A DNA stretch of 64,000 nucleotides from an uncultured delta proteobacterium (GTDB lineage Bacteria; Desulfobacterota; Desulfobacteria; Desulfobacterales; UBA2156). Every line of letters begins with the position of its first letter. Position 1 is the first letter of the stretch. The stretch spans positions 1-64,000 of the forward strand of contig CAVTQK010000009.1 in NCBI GenBank assembly GCA_963736855.1, in the 5' to 3' direction. The position numbers were made by a program, and so were the translations under genes. This document shows positions 29,959 through 37,663 of the stretch, piece after piece. Below the pieces are notes generated by a model. The model worked only from the letters and a program-made list of their open reading frames with translations. It ran no database searches and was not told the origin of the DNA.

Positions 29959-30702
29959 GTGAGCACACGCATCGACCATGAAAGCCTCGCCATTGGTGCG
30001 TGCTACGCGATTGCGCACGCTGTCAGTGTTCTCGAGGATGCCGCGATCCTGTATTCACAGAAGCGCGCCTCAAGCAGCTTCCACCTTGCTGTCATGGCTC
30101 GCGAAGAACTTGGACGCTTCAATCTTCTCGCGGAGCGGCATCACGGATTGCCCGCCAACGAGTGCGTTGATGCCACCGAGCTCGCGCGACACTTGCAACC
30201 TCACAAGATCAAGCTTCTGGCAGGCCAATCGGTTGTGCCCGTGCCTATGACACCCCAGGAACTAGTCGCGTGGAAAGCCGCAATCGAGCGAAATGATGAA
30301 GCGGCGAGTTCAACCATCTCACAACAGATTCGCGCGCGCGCCGTAAAGCTGAAGCCTCACCAAGCGGCGGCGTTGCACCAACATCGACTCAAGGCTCAAT
30401 ACGTTGACCTTGACCCACGAACTGGTCAGTGGTCCCGCCCCTCCGAAGTGTCGATGGCTGACGCGTCTACGCTCATCCGCACAGTCATGGCTGAGATTGC
30501 AAATGCACTTATTGCCGCTCAGGGTGCTGCGTGGCTTCACGCTGCATACGCTTCATCGGAGAACGCAGACCTGACATGGGCCCGTTCACGCATCGCATCT
30601 TTGCACGCCTGGGCGAAGGCGATGCCTAACAATCGTGTGGACACGGACGCAGGAAAGGCGCGCCGCTTCGCTCTGCACCTCACCTGCGCCGGTCACGCGT
30701 GA
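29959..30702 (+). CDS. AbiV-family (HEPN) abortive infection-like protein; natural stop may be TAA at 30629 if one base is missing
   Basis: LEDAAILY...FHLAVMAREELGR...HKIK...HRLKAQYVD...WSRP pattern; the ORF reads through the attC. Confidence 0.7.
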   Translation: MSTRIDHESLAIGACYAIAHAVSVLEDAAILYSQKRASSSFHLAVMAREELGRFNLLAERHHGLPANECVDATELARHLQPHKIKLLAGQSVVPVPMTPQELVAWKAAIERNDEAASSTISQQIRARAVKLKPHQAAALHQHRLKAQYVDLDPRTGQWSRPSEVSMADASTLIRTVMAEIANALIAAQGAAWLHAAYASSENADLTWARSRIASLHAWAKAMPNNRVDTDAGKARRFALHLTCAGHA

Positions 30703-30710
30703 CGTTCCCG
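30624..30710 (+). repeat. attC site
   Basis: GCCTAAC-AATCGTG-TGGACACGG-ACGCAGG...CCTGCG-CCGGTCAC-GCGTGAC-GTTCCCG. Confidence 0.85.
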
Positions 30711-30723
30711 GCGACTCCGTCGT

Positions 30724-30759
30724 CGGTAATCGCGGCGCTGACTTCGTCCGCGATTGGAC
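30724..30759 (+). repeat. Atypical 36-bp palindromic cassette junction
   Basis: AATCGCGG-CGCTGACTTCGT-CCGCGATT-GGAC. Confidence 0.6.
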
Positions 30760-30786
30760 CTCAAGACAAGCTACGAAAGGATCATC

Positions 30787-31650
30787 ATGACGCTCAGTTA
30801 TGTGAAGGCAGAGACAATCCGATTGCGCGAACTCGGCTTCGATGAGAAGTGGCTTCAGGATCGGATAAATGAGGACCCTTCCATCCTCGGCCTTGGCGAT
30901 CTGATCGTCATCACACGAGAACACACCCAACCAAGCGGAGGCCGTATCGACTTTCTAATGTACGACCCAGAAGACGGTATCCGATATGAGATCGAGGTCA
31001 TGTTGGGTCGGGTCGACGAGAGTCATATCATTCGCACCCTCGAATATTGGGACATCGAAAGAAAGAGGTTCCCGAGCCTCCAGCATCGAGCCGTGATCGT
31101 TGCGGAGGAAATCACCAACCGGTTCTTCAACATCATCTCCCTGCTCAACCAGGCGATTCCAATCCTCGCAATCCAGCTCAATGCCTTTAGGATCGACGAG
31201 AAGGTCGTCCTGCACTTCACTACCGTGCTCGATCTGCCAGAGCCGGAATCGGACGAGGAGGGAACCGCGGAGAAGGTTGATCGCGGATATTGGGAAAAGC
31301 GCTCCAATCCGACTTCCATGCGGATTGTGGACAGGATGATCGGGCTTGTCCCAACCACTGACGGTCCGGTTCGCACAACCTACAATAAGTACCACATCGC
31401 CGTTGGAACAACGGGGCAGAACTTCCTGTGGTTCCATCCCCGGAAGAGCGCCTCCCACTGCCATATGCACGTGCGGCTACTCGACGGCCAAGAGAGAACC
31501 GACACTCTTCAGAAGCTTGAAGATGCCGGAATCTATTCGGGGCCTCGTGGTCGCGAGGTCAAACTGCGCTTGTCTGAGAAAGAACTGAACGACAACGAGA
31601 AACTGATTAAGGACATGCTCGCGGCTTGCGAAAGGCAGTCGAGGGAATAA
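30787..31650 (+). CDS. NucS/PD-(D/E)XK-like nuclease domain protein with C-terminal DUF4268/DUF5655-like domain
   Basis: EKWLQ..I..DPSILG...RE.....GRIDFL...YEIEV...EYW. Confidence 0.65.
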   Translation: MTLSYVKAETIRLRELGFDEKWLQDRINEDPSILGLGDLIVITREHTQPSGGRIDFLMYDPEDGIRYEIEVMLGRVDESHIIRTLEYWDIERKRFPSLQHRAVIVAEEITNRFFNIISLLNQAIPILAIQLNAFRIDEKVVLHFTTVLDLPEPESDEEGTAEKVDRGYWEKRSNPTSMRIVDRMIGLVPTTDGPVRTTYNKYHIAVGTTGQNFLWFHPRKSASHCHMHVRLLDGQERTDTLQKLEDAGIYSGPRGREVKLRLSEKELNDNEKLIKDMLAACERQSRE

Positions 31651-31659
31651 CAGGTTGAG

Positions 31660-31699
31660 GTCCAACAGCCGCTGACTTCGTCCAGCGCCGCGATTGGGC
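31660..31699 (+). repeat. Atypical 40-bp palindromic cassette junction
   Basis: GTCCAAC-AGCCGCTG-ACTTCGTC-CAGCGCCGCG-ATTGGGC, 9 bp after the stop codon. Confidence 0.7.
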
Positions 31700-31718
31700 C
31701 TGCCTCTTAGAAAAGGGT

Positions 31719-31766
31719 TTGACTCCCCATCATCTATGGCTTATAATTGGGACCTAATTTAGGGTC
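31719..31766 (+). promoter_or_regulatory. sigma70 promoter and likely operator of the RHH-mazF cassette
   Basis: TTGACT-17 bp-TATAAT, followed by imperfect palindrome GACCTAATTTAGGGTC. Confidence 0.7.
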
Positions 31767-31795
31767 TTTATCTTAGACTATTTAAGGAGGTCCTC

Positions 31796-32029
31796 ATGAT
31801 TCAAGCCAAATTTAGCCTCAAGGAATCGCACATTCAATTTATTGAACAATGCAACCGGTATGGATTTAAGGATAAAAGCGACGTGGTGCGTACCGCCATC
31901 GACCGCTTGTTTACAGAATTAACCCGGCAGCGCTTGCGCGAGTCGGCTGCTTTGTACGCCGATGTTTATGAAGAAGATGATGAAACGCAAGAATGGACAG
32001 ATGCAGCGCTGTCAGAGTGGCCAACATGA
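31796..32029 (+). CDS. RHH/CopG-type antitoxin
   Basis: Short beta-helix-helix N-terminus (DKSDVVRTAI), acidic tail, ATGA-coupled to mazF. Confidence 0.75.
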   Translation: MIQAKFSLKESHIQFIEQCNRYGFKDKSDVVRTAIDRLFTELTRQRLRESAALYADVYEEDDETQEWTDAALSEWPT

Positions 32030-32382
32030 GCAAGCTAAAGCGGGGAATGGTCATCGACGTCAATCTTGATCCTACCAAGGGTTCGGAAACCGGGAAAATT
32101 CGGCCATGCGTGATTGTCACGAACAACACGTATAATGCGCGTGTCCCAGTCATCCAGGTGGTGCCATTAACGGCATGGAGTGAGAGAAAAGCCAGCATCA
32201 TCACTAATGTGGAAATTGTCCCATCCTCGCATAACGGGTTAACCAAAAAAACGGTGGCGGATTGCCTGCAGACCCGTCCTATTGATCACCGCGCTCGATT
32301 AGTCAAAGTACGAGGTAAACTGGAAGACGAGATCATGGCAAAAATTGACGATGCCTTAAAAATTGTTTTCGACCTCGCGTAG
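32026..32382 (+). CDS. mazF: MazF/PemK endoribonuclease toxin
   Basis: KRGMVIDVNLDPTKGSETGKIRPCVIVTNN...VVPLT...DCLQTRPID. Confidence 0.92.
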   Translation: MSKLKRGMVIDVNLDPTKGSETGKIRPCVIVTNNTYNARVPVIQVVPLTAWSERKASIITNVEIVPSSHNGLTKKTVADCLQTRPIDHRARLVKVRGKLEDEIMAKIDDALKIVFDLA

Positions 32383-32451
32383 GACTGAAACCAAAATCAA
32401 AACACAAGGGCATAGAAGGCAGGAAGATCCCAATCCGCATCTCATCGCTTG

Positions 32452-32519
32452 GCCCAACGAGTCGTTCCACCGGATCAGCGGGAAAGAGCGCCCGCCTCCC
32501 GGTGTACTCTGCGTTCGCC
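32452..32519 (+). repeat. attC site
   Basis: GCCCAAC-GAGTCGT-TCCACCGG...CCGGTGTA-CTCTGC-GTTCGCC. Confidence 0.85.
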
Positions 32520-32531
32520 GTAATAAAATAC

Positions 32532-32565
32532 TTGACATATGTTGTATTAAAGCTACAATATAACC
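32532..32565 (+). promoter_or_regulatory. sigma70 promoter with overlapping TTGTA-N7-TACAA operator; likely leaderless transcript
   Basis: TTGACA-16 bp-TACAAT-6 bp-ATG, no RBS. Confidence 0.65.
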
Positions 32566-32901
32566 ATGGGTGATTCCAAAATAGAACTTCTCGAATATTT
32601 AACCGAAGACGGAGAAAATCCCTTCCATAAATGGCTTAATTCACTAAAAGATCGATTCGCACGTGCGCGGATTCGAGTTCGGTTGAATCGTGTAAGACTT
32701 GGAAACTTTGGTGATTGCAAACCTGTTGGAAAAGGCGTGAATGAGTTGCGGGTGGATTATGGCCCCGGGTATCGGGTTTATTATGGAAAACCGGAGACGA
32801 CCATCGTGATTTTACTGTGCGGAGGTTCTAAAAAATCTCAGTCAAAAGATATTCAGATGGCTCAAGCATATTGGACCGATTTCCAAAGGAGAGCGAAATG
32901 A
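32566..32901 (+). CDS. RelE/ParE-superfamily addiction module killer protein (HigB-like)
   Basis: PFHKWL..LKD...RI..RL.RVRLGNFGD.KPVG.GV.ELRVDYGPGYRVYY. Confidence 0.92.
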   Translation: MGDSKIELLEYLTEDGENPFHKWLNSLKDRFARARIRVRLNRVRLGNFGDCKPVGKGVNELRVDYGPGYRVYYGKPETTIVILLCGGSKKSQSKDIQMAQAYWTDFQRRAK

Positions 32902-33197
32902 AAAAAGTAACTGAAAAATACGAAAATAATCTCAAAGAAGATCTTCTCGATCCTATTGAGGCCGCAGAATATTTAAATGCCGCATTGGAAGATGGTTCCC
33001 AGGAAGTGTTTTTAATGGCGTTAAAAGACGTTGCAAACGCAAAGGGAATTTCTGAAATAGCACGAGAAACGAAACTCAACCGTGAAAATCTTTATCGAAT
33101 TCTTTCAACGCAAGGCAATCCAAAATTAAAAAGTTTGAGTTCTGTTCTTCATAGTGTTGGGTTGAAACTGTCCGTTGAAGTAGAAAATCAGGTTTAA
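32898..33197 (+). CDS. Addiction module antidote protein (HTH, HigA-like)
   Basis: AAEYLNAALEDG...AL.DVA.AKG...LNRENLYR.LS..GNP. Confidence 0.92.
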   Translation: MKKVTEKYENNLKEDLLDPIEAAEYLNAALEDGSQEVFLMALKDVANAKGISEIARETKLNRENLYRILSTQGNPKLKSLSSVLHSVGLKLSVEVENQV

Positions 33198-33206
33198 GAA
33201 CTATTC

Positions 33207-33265
33207 GGCGAACATATCGCGTCAGCCGACCTCGTAAACTCGGCGGCTGACGCCGATTGTTCCGC
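33207..33265 (+). repeat. attC site (59 bp)
   Basis: GGCGAAC (exact complement of the preceding GTTCGCC)-GTCAGCCG...CGGCTGAC-GTTCCGC. Confidence 0.88.
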
Positions 33266-33320
33266 GTAGGAACTGACGAGAGGGTAGAATTCCGTTTTGA
33301 CAAATACGAGGAAGGAGCCA

Positions 33321-33767
33321 ATGGACATTCCTGAATACATATCCCAGGTAGAAGTCCAGCGGGTTTGCCGAGAGCTGGGAATCCGCGACTGGACTAGACT
33401 GACAGAGGCGCGTGTACCCTTGGAGGAAGCTGAGATCATCCAAGGAGAGATAGGTGGAGAGGCAACACTGATCTCGAGCGATGAGTTCCGGCAAGGACTA
33501 GAGGTAGAATTGGAGCACGGCTTGTTGTTTCCAGATGCGAATGTCACCAACAACCATCCGATTCTTACAGGCAGGATTGTGCTTGCCCACCTGAAAGAAA
33601 TGCTGGACTACTATGCACGTCTCGAAGTGGCGGAACTTGAGGGGGATCTCCTGAAAGCTGCACGAGCAGGAGACCTGGAAAAACTGGCACAGAAGTATCA
33701 GCAGCTACTCGTAGCCCGTGCGGAGCTATCGGTCCACGAGAGAGCTTCGGGCGTCAAGGCTGACTGA
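33321..33767 (+). CDS. DUF5661-like protein (last cassette gene)
   Basis: AAGGAG RBS; GLEVELEHG...IVLAHLKE..DYY.RL. Confidence 0.75.
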   Translation: MDIPEYISQVEVQRVCRELGIRDWTRLTEARVPLEEAEIIQGEIGGEATLISSDEFRQGLEVELEHGLLFPDANVTNNHPILTGRIVLAHLKEMLDYYARLEVAELEGDLLKAARAGDLEKLAQKYQQLLVARAELSVHERASGVKAD

Positions 33768-34087
33768 GGCCCGACCCTCCCCCGGTTTCGTGAGCAAGGG
33801 GTTGTCTCGCTTGGGGTGCGCAAACGACAGAATCATGACGATTGGCCGGCGTTCTTTGACTCAATGGCAGTCAATGGGCTTCCATACACGAGTATCCATG
33901 CCCTCTTCTGCTATCAAAAATTCAGATCCTGCCAGAGGTTTCTTGATTGGACCCGCCGGACCCCGACGATCCCGCTGACTACCGCAAGGGGGCCAAAATC
34001 GTCGGTTTTCACCGCAATAAAAAGAAAAAGCGCAAAAATGCGAAGTGATCATCTTTGCGCCCTGGTCATACGGTATGCCTAAAAATC

Positions 34088-34113
34088 GAAGCCGGTCAAA
34101 GATGACCGGCTTC
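34088..34113 (-). terminator. Hairpin terminator downstream of tRNA-Val
   Basis: GAAGCCGGTCA-AAGA-TGACCGGCTTC, then GATTTTT on the minus strand. Confidence 0.65.
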
Positions 34114-34130
34114 TAACTAACTGAAATTAT

Positions 34131-34205
34131 TGGTAGGCACGATGAGATTTGAACTCATGACCCCTACCGTGTCAGGGTAGTGCTCTCCCACTGAGCTACG
34201 TGCCT
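34131..34205 (-). tRNA. tRNA-Val (GAC)
   Basis: AGGCACGTAGCTCAGTGGGAGAGCACTACCCTGACACGGTAGGGGTCATGAGTTCAAATCTCATCGTGCCTACCA cloverleaf with CCA end. Confidence 0.97.
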
Positions 34206-34450
34206 TTTTAGGTTGAAGCAATTTGATACACGGGTGTTTTTTTGCTGTCAAGGAAAATCCGGAACTGTCATATGGGTTCTTTTGGATAGCTTTCCTAAAT
34301 CATTTTTCTTGTCAAAAGCGGCCAACCATTATAAAAAGATCGACCAACATCACTTTTAAAGCACGAAACGGGAAGCAAGCACCACGCCCCGGCTTTACGG
34401 AATCCTTTTAGTGAATTTTTCTTTTATTTTACCTTCTAGGAGGGACTCTC

Positions 34451-34855
34451 ATGAAACGCATCGAAGAACTGAAGTTTCCCGAAGACCGGCTTTATGCAAC
34501 GGACCATGAATGGGCCCGGCTCGAGAATGGTGGGGCTAAAATCGGCATCAGTGACTATGCCCAGGATCAGTTGGGAGACATCGTCTATGTGGAGCTTCCT
34601 TCCATCGGAAAAACTTTCAAAAAGGGTGAGGTTTTCGGGACCGTGGAATCGGTCAAAGCGGTCTCCGAGCTATATATGCCGATCGGCGGAGAAGTGACGG
34701 CTATCAACGAAACGCTGGCCGATTCGCCCGAGCGGGTCAACCAGTCCCCTTATGAAGACGGGTGGATGATCGTGGTAAAGCCGCTGGATCCATCCGAAAA
34801 AGAAGGCCTCATGACTCAGCCTGCATACCTTGAAATGCTGAAAGGACTTGCCTGA
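34451..34855 (+). CDS. gcvH: Glycine cleavage H protein
   Basis: HEW, GISDYAQDQLGDIVYVELP, VESVKAVSE lipoyl Lys. Confidence 0.97.
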   Translation: MKRIEELKFPEDRLYATDHEWARLENGGAKIGISDYAQDQLGDIVYVELPSIGKTFKKGEVFGTVESVKAVSELYMPIGGEVTAINETLADSPERVNQSPYEDGWMIVVKPLDPSEKEGLMTQPAYLEMLKGLA

Positions 34856-36186
34856 TGCGCTACCTGCCGCATACCGAAGAAGAGATCTCGGAAATGCTCA
34901 AGGTCGTTGGGGCGGACTCCCTCGAGGATCTTTTCACACAGATCCCGAAGGAATATTGCTGCCGCCTCCGCCTGGCGCTCCCCGAGGCCAAAACTGAATG
35001 GGAGCTTAACGCACACATGGACCGTCTGGCCGGGCGAACAGCATCCGCAGCTCAATGGAAAAACTACATGGGAGCCGGAAGCTACGAGCATTACATCCCG
35101 GCCGTGCTTTCCTACCTGCTGGGCCGGGGTGAGTTCGTCACCTCCTATACCCCGTATCAGCCGGAGATTAGCCAGGGGACCCTCCAGGGAATCTACGAAT
35201 ATCAGACCCTGGCCGCCCGTCTTTTGGGAATGGAGGTCGCCAACGCCTCCATGTACGACGGCGCATCCGCCCTGGCAGAAGCCCTCTTGATGGCCTGTCG
35301 CATCACCCGGAAAAACCGTGTGGTCATTTCCAGGGCCATCCATCCTCATTTCCGGCGTGTGGCTCAAACCTATTTTGCCCCCACAGAGTATACCCTTGAG
35401 GAATTCCCTTTCGGCGAGGATGGAAGAAGCGATCCGGACGGTTTTACAGCGCAGGAGGATTTGGCGGCGGTGGCGGTGCAATCCCCCAACTTTTTCGGGT
35501 GCATCGAAGACTTAAAGGCCTGCGCGGAGAAGGCCCGTCAGGCAGGCGCTCTGTTCATCACCGCTTTTACCGAACCTCTCGCCTACGGTCTTTTGAAAAG
35601 CCCGGGAAGCCTCGGGGCGGACATCGCCTGCGGGGAAGGTCAGAGTTTGGGGATTCCCCAGTCCTTCGGGGGGCCGGGCTTGGGAATGTTTGCAACCAAA
35701 ATGGCATACGTTCGAAACATGCCGGGCCGTCTGGTGGGAAAAACCGCGGACCTGGATGGAAAAAGAGGCTTTGTCCTCACCCTTTCCACTCGGGAACAAC
35801 ACATCCGCCGGGAAAAGGCCACCTCCAACATCTGCACCAACAACAGTCTCTGCGCCTTGTCCGCCGCCATGTACATGGCAGTCCTTGGAAAAACCGGGTT
35901 CAAGGCTCTTTCTCAACTCAACATGGACAAAAGCGCTTATCTCAGGGATCGCCTTTCCCAAAAAGGATTCCTTCAGGCATTCACGGCCCCCAACTTCAAT
36001 GAATTCACCGTGAAGGTCGGTCCGGAATTTGAAAAAAAGCGACGGTCGCTCATGAACAAAGGGATCATCGCGGGGGTTCCTCTTTCAACTTATTATCCGG
36101 AACTTTCCGGGCATTATCTCTTCTGTGTTACGGAAACCAAAACTAAAGAAGATTTGGACACCCTGGTCTCGGAGATGACATCATGA
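34855..36186 (+). CDS. gcvPA: Glycine dehydrogenase subunit 1
   Basis: TSYTPYQPEISQG, ANASMYDG, REQHIRREKATSNICTN. Confidence 0.97.
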   Translation: MRYLPHTEEEISEMLKVVGADSLEDLFTQIPKEYCCRLRLALPEAKTEWELNAHMDRLAGRTASAAQWKNYMGAGSYEHYIPAVLSYLLGRGEFVTSYTPYQPEISQGTLQGIYEYQTLAARLLGMEVANASMYDGASALAEALLMACRITRKNRVVISRAIHPHFRRVAQTYFAPTEYTLEEFPFGEDGRSDPDGFTAQEDLAAVAVQSPNFFGCIEDLKACAEKARQAGALFITAFTEPLAYGLLKSPGSLGADIACGEGQSLGIPQSFGGPGLGMFATKMAYVRNMPGRLVGKTADLDGKRGFVLTLSTREQHIRREKATSNICTNNSLCALSAAMYMAVLGKTGFKALSQLNMDKSAYLRDRLSQKGFLQAFTAPNFNEFTVKVGPEFEKKRRSLMNKGIIAGVPLSTYYPELSGHYLFCVTETKTKEDLDTLVSEMTS

Positions 36187-37640
36187 AGGAAACAATCGGA
36201 ACAACCGGCCTGATCTTCAACGAGCCTTTGTTGTGGGAAAAGGGACGCAATGGAAGGATCGGATATTCCCTGCCTCGCCAAGATGTCCCATCCCAAACCC
36301 TGAATGCCGAATGGGTCTACGATGGACCGGATTTTCCGGATTTAAGTGAAGTGGATGTAGTACGCCACTACACGCGGCTGTCCCAGTGGAACTACGGCGT
36401 GGATTCCGGGATGTATCCCTTGGGATCCTGCACCATGAAATACAATCCCAAGACCAATGAGAGGCAGGCCGCACTTCCCGGATTTGCCGGCGCCCATCCG
36501 CTTCTCCCTGAAGATCTCTGCCAGGGAACCCTTGAACTCCTGTACGATCTTCAACAGTACCTTGCGGAGATCACGGGCATGGACGCCGTCTCCCTCCAGC
36601 CCGCCGCCGGCGCCCAGGGAGAGTTTGCCGGGATGCTCCTCATCCACGCCTTTCACAAAAGCAAAGGGAAACCCCGGTCTAAAATCCTCGTACCGGATAC
36701 GGCCCATGGCACCAACCCGGCAAGCGCTGCTCTATGCGGGTACCGAAGCGTCGCCGTCAAATCGGGTGCCGAGGGGGTCCTGACCCCGGAGACGGTGGCC
36801 CAACTGATGGACGAGGAAACAGCGGGAATCATGATCACCAACCCCAACACCCTCGGGCTTTTCGAAAGGCACGTGAAAGAGATCGCCGCCATCGTCCATG
36901 GGAAGGGCGGGCTCGTTTATTGCGACGGTGCAAATATGAACGCCCTCATGGGGATCGTGGACATGGCCGCCATCGGGATCGATGTGCTCCATCTCAATCT
37001 CCACAAGACCTTTTCCACGCCCCACGGCGGCGGAGGTCCGGGATGCGGACCCGTATGTGTCAGGGAACACCTTAAGCCTTTTCTGCCGATCCCCCGTATC
37101 ATCCAAAAAAACGGGAAGTTTTCTCTTTCCGAGAATTTCCCGGAATCCATCGGAAAGCTTCACGCATTCTTTGGAAATGTCGGCGTGATGATTAAGGCCT
37201 TCAGCTATATTTTGAGCATGGGACCGGATCACCTGAAAAAGGCCAGCCAATTGGCGGTTCTCAACGCCAATTATGTCAAGGAAAAGCTCAAAGACCTTTT
37301 TTACCTTCCCCACGATGTCTGGTGTATGCACGAATGCGTGTTTTCGGACAAAAACCAACTGGCCGACCATGTGTCCACCCTGGATATGGTCAAGCGCCTG
37401 ATGGATTATGGGTTCCACCCGCCCACCATCTATTTTCCCCTGGTGGTCAGCGGGGCCATCATGATCGAACCTACCGAAACCGAATCCAAGGAAAATCTCG
37501 ACGACTTCATCGAAGCGATGCGCGCCATCGCCAAGGAGGCCAAGGAAAATCCGGGACTGCTGAAATCCGCTCCCACCCGATCCAAGGTCAAGCGTCTCGA
37601 CGAAGTGGCCGCAGCCAGACGTCCCTGTTTGACCGGCTGA
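36183..37640 (+). CDS. gcvPB: Glycine dehydrogenase subunit 2
   Basis: PLGSCTMKYNP, AHGTNPASA, HLNLHKTFSTPHGGGGPG. Confidence 0.97.
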   Translation: MKETIGTTGLIFNEPLLWEKGRNGRIGYSLPRQDVPSQTLNAEWVYDGPDFPDLSEVDVVRHYTRLSQWNYGVDSGMYPLGSCTMKYNPKTNERQAALPGFAGAHPLLPEDLCQGTLELLYDLQQYLAEITGMDAVSLQPAAGAQGEFAGMLLIHAFHKSKGKPRSKILVPDTAHGTNPASAALCGYRSVAVKSGAEGVLTPETVAQLMDEETAGIMITNPNTLGLFERHVKEIAAIVHGKGGLVYCDGANMNALMGIVDMAAIGIDVLHLNLHKTFSTPHGGGGPGCGPVCVREHLKPFLPIPRIIQKNGKFSLSENFPESIGKLHAFFGNVGVMIKAFSYILSMGPDHLKKASQLAVLNANYVKEKLKDLFYLPHDVWCMHECVFSDKNQLADHVSTLDMVKRLMDYGFHPPTIYFPLVVSGAIMIEPTETESKENLDDFIEAMRAIAKEAKENPGLLKSAPTRSKVKRLDEVAAARRPCLTG

Positions 37641-37663
37641 TCAGGGTGCACCATAAAAGCCCG

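Noticed and set aside
29590..34205. tRNA-Val-targeted genomic island with att direct repeat
   Set aside because: No duplicate of the tRNA 3' end found. AATCAAGCAGTTAG near 29620 only loosely resembles the tRNA-flanking sequence and is in the opposite orientation.
34210..34450. Glycine riboswitch before gcvH
   Set aside because: Conserved aptamer motifs not recognisable
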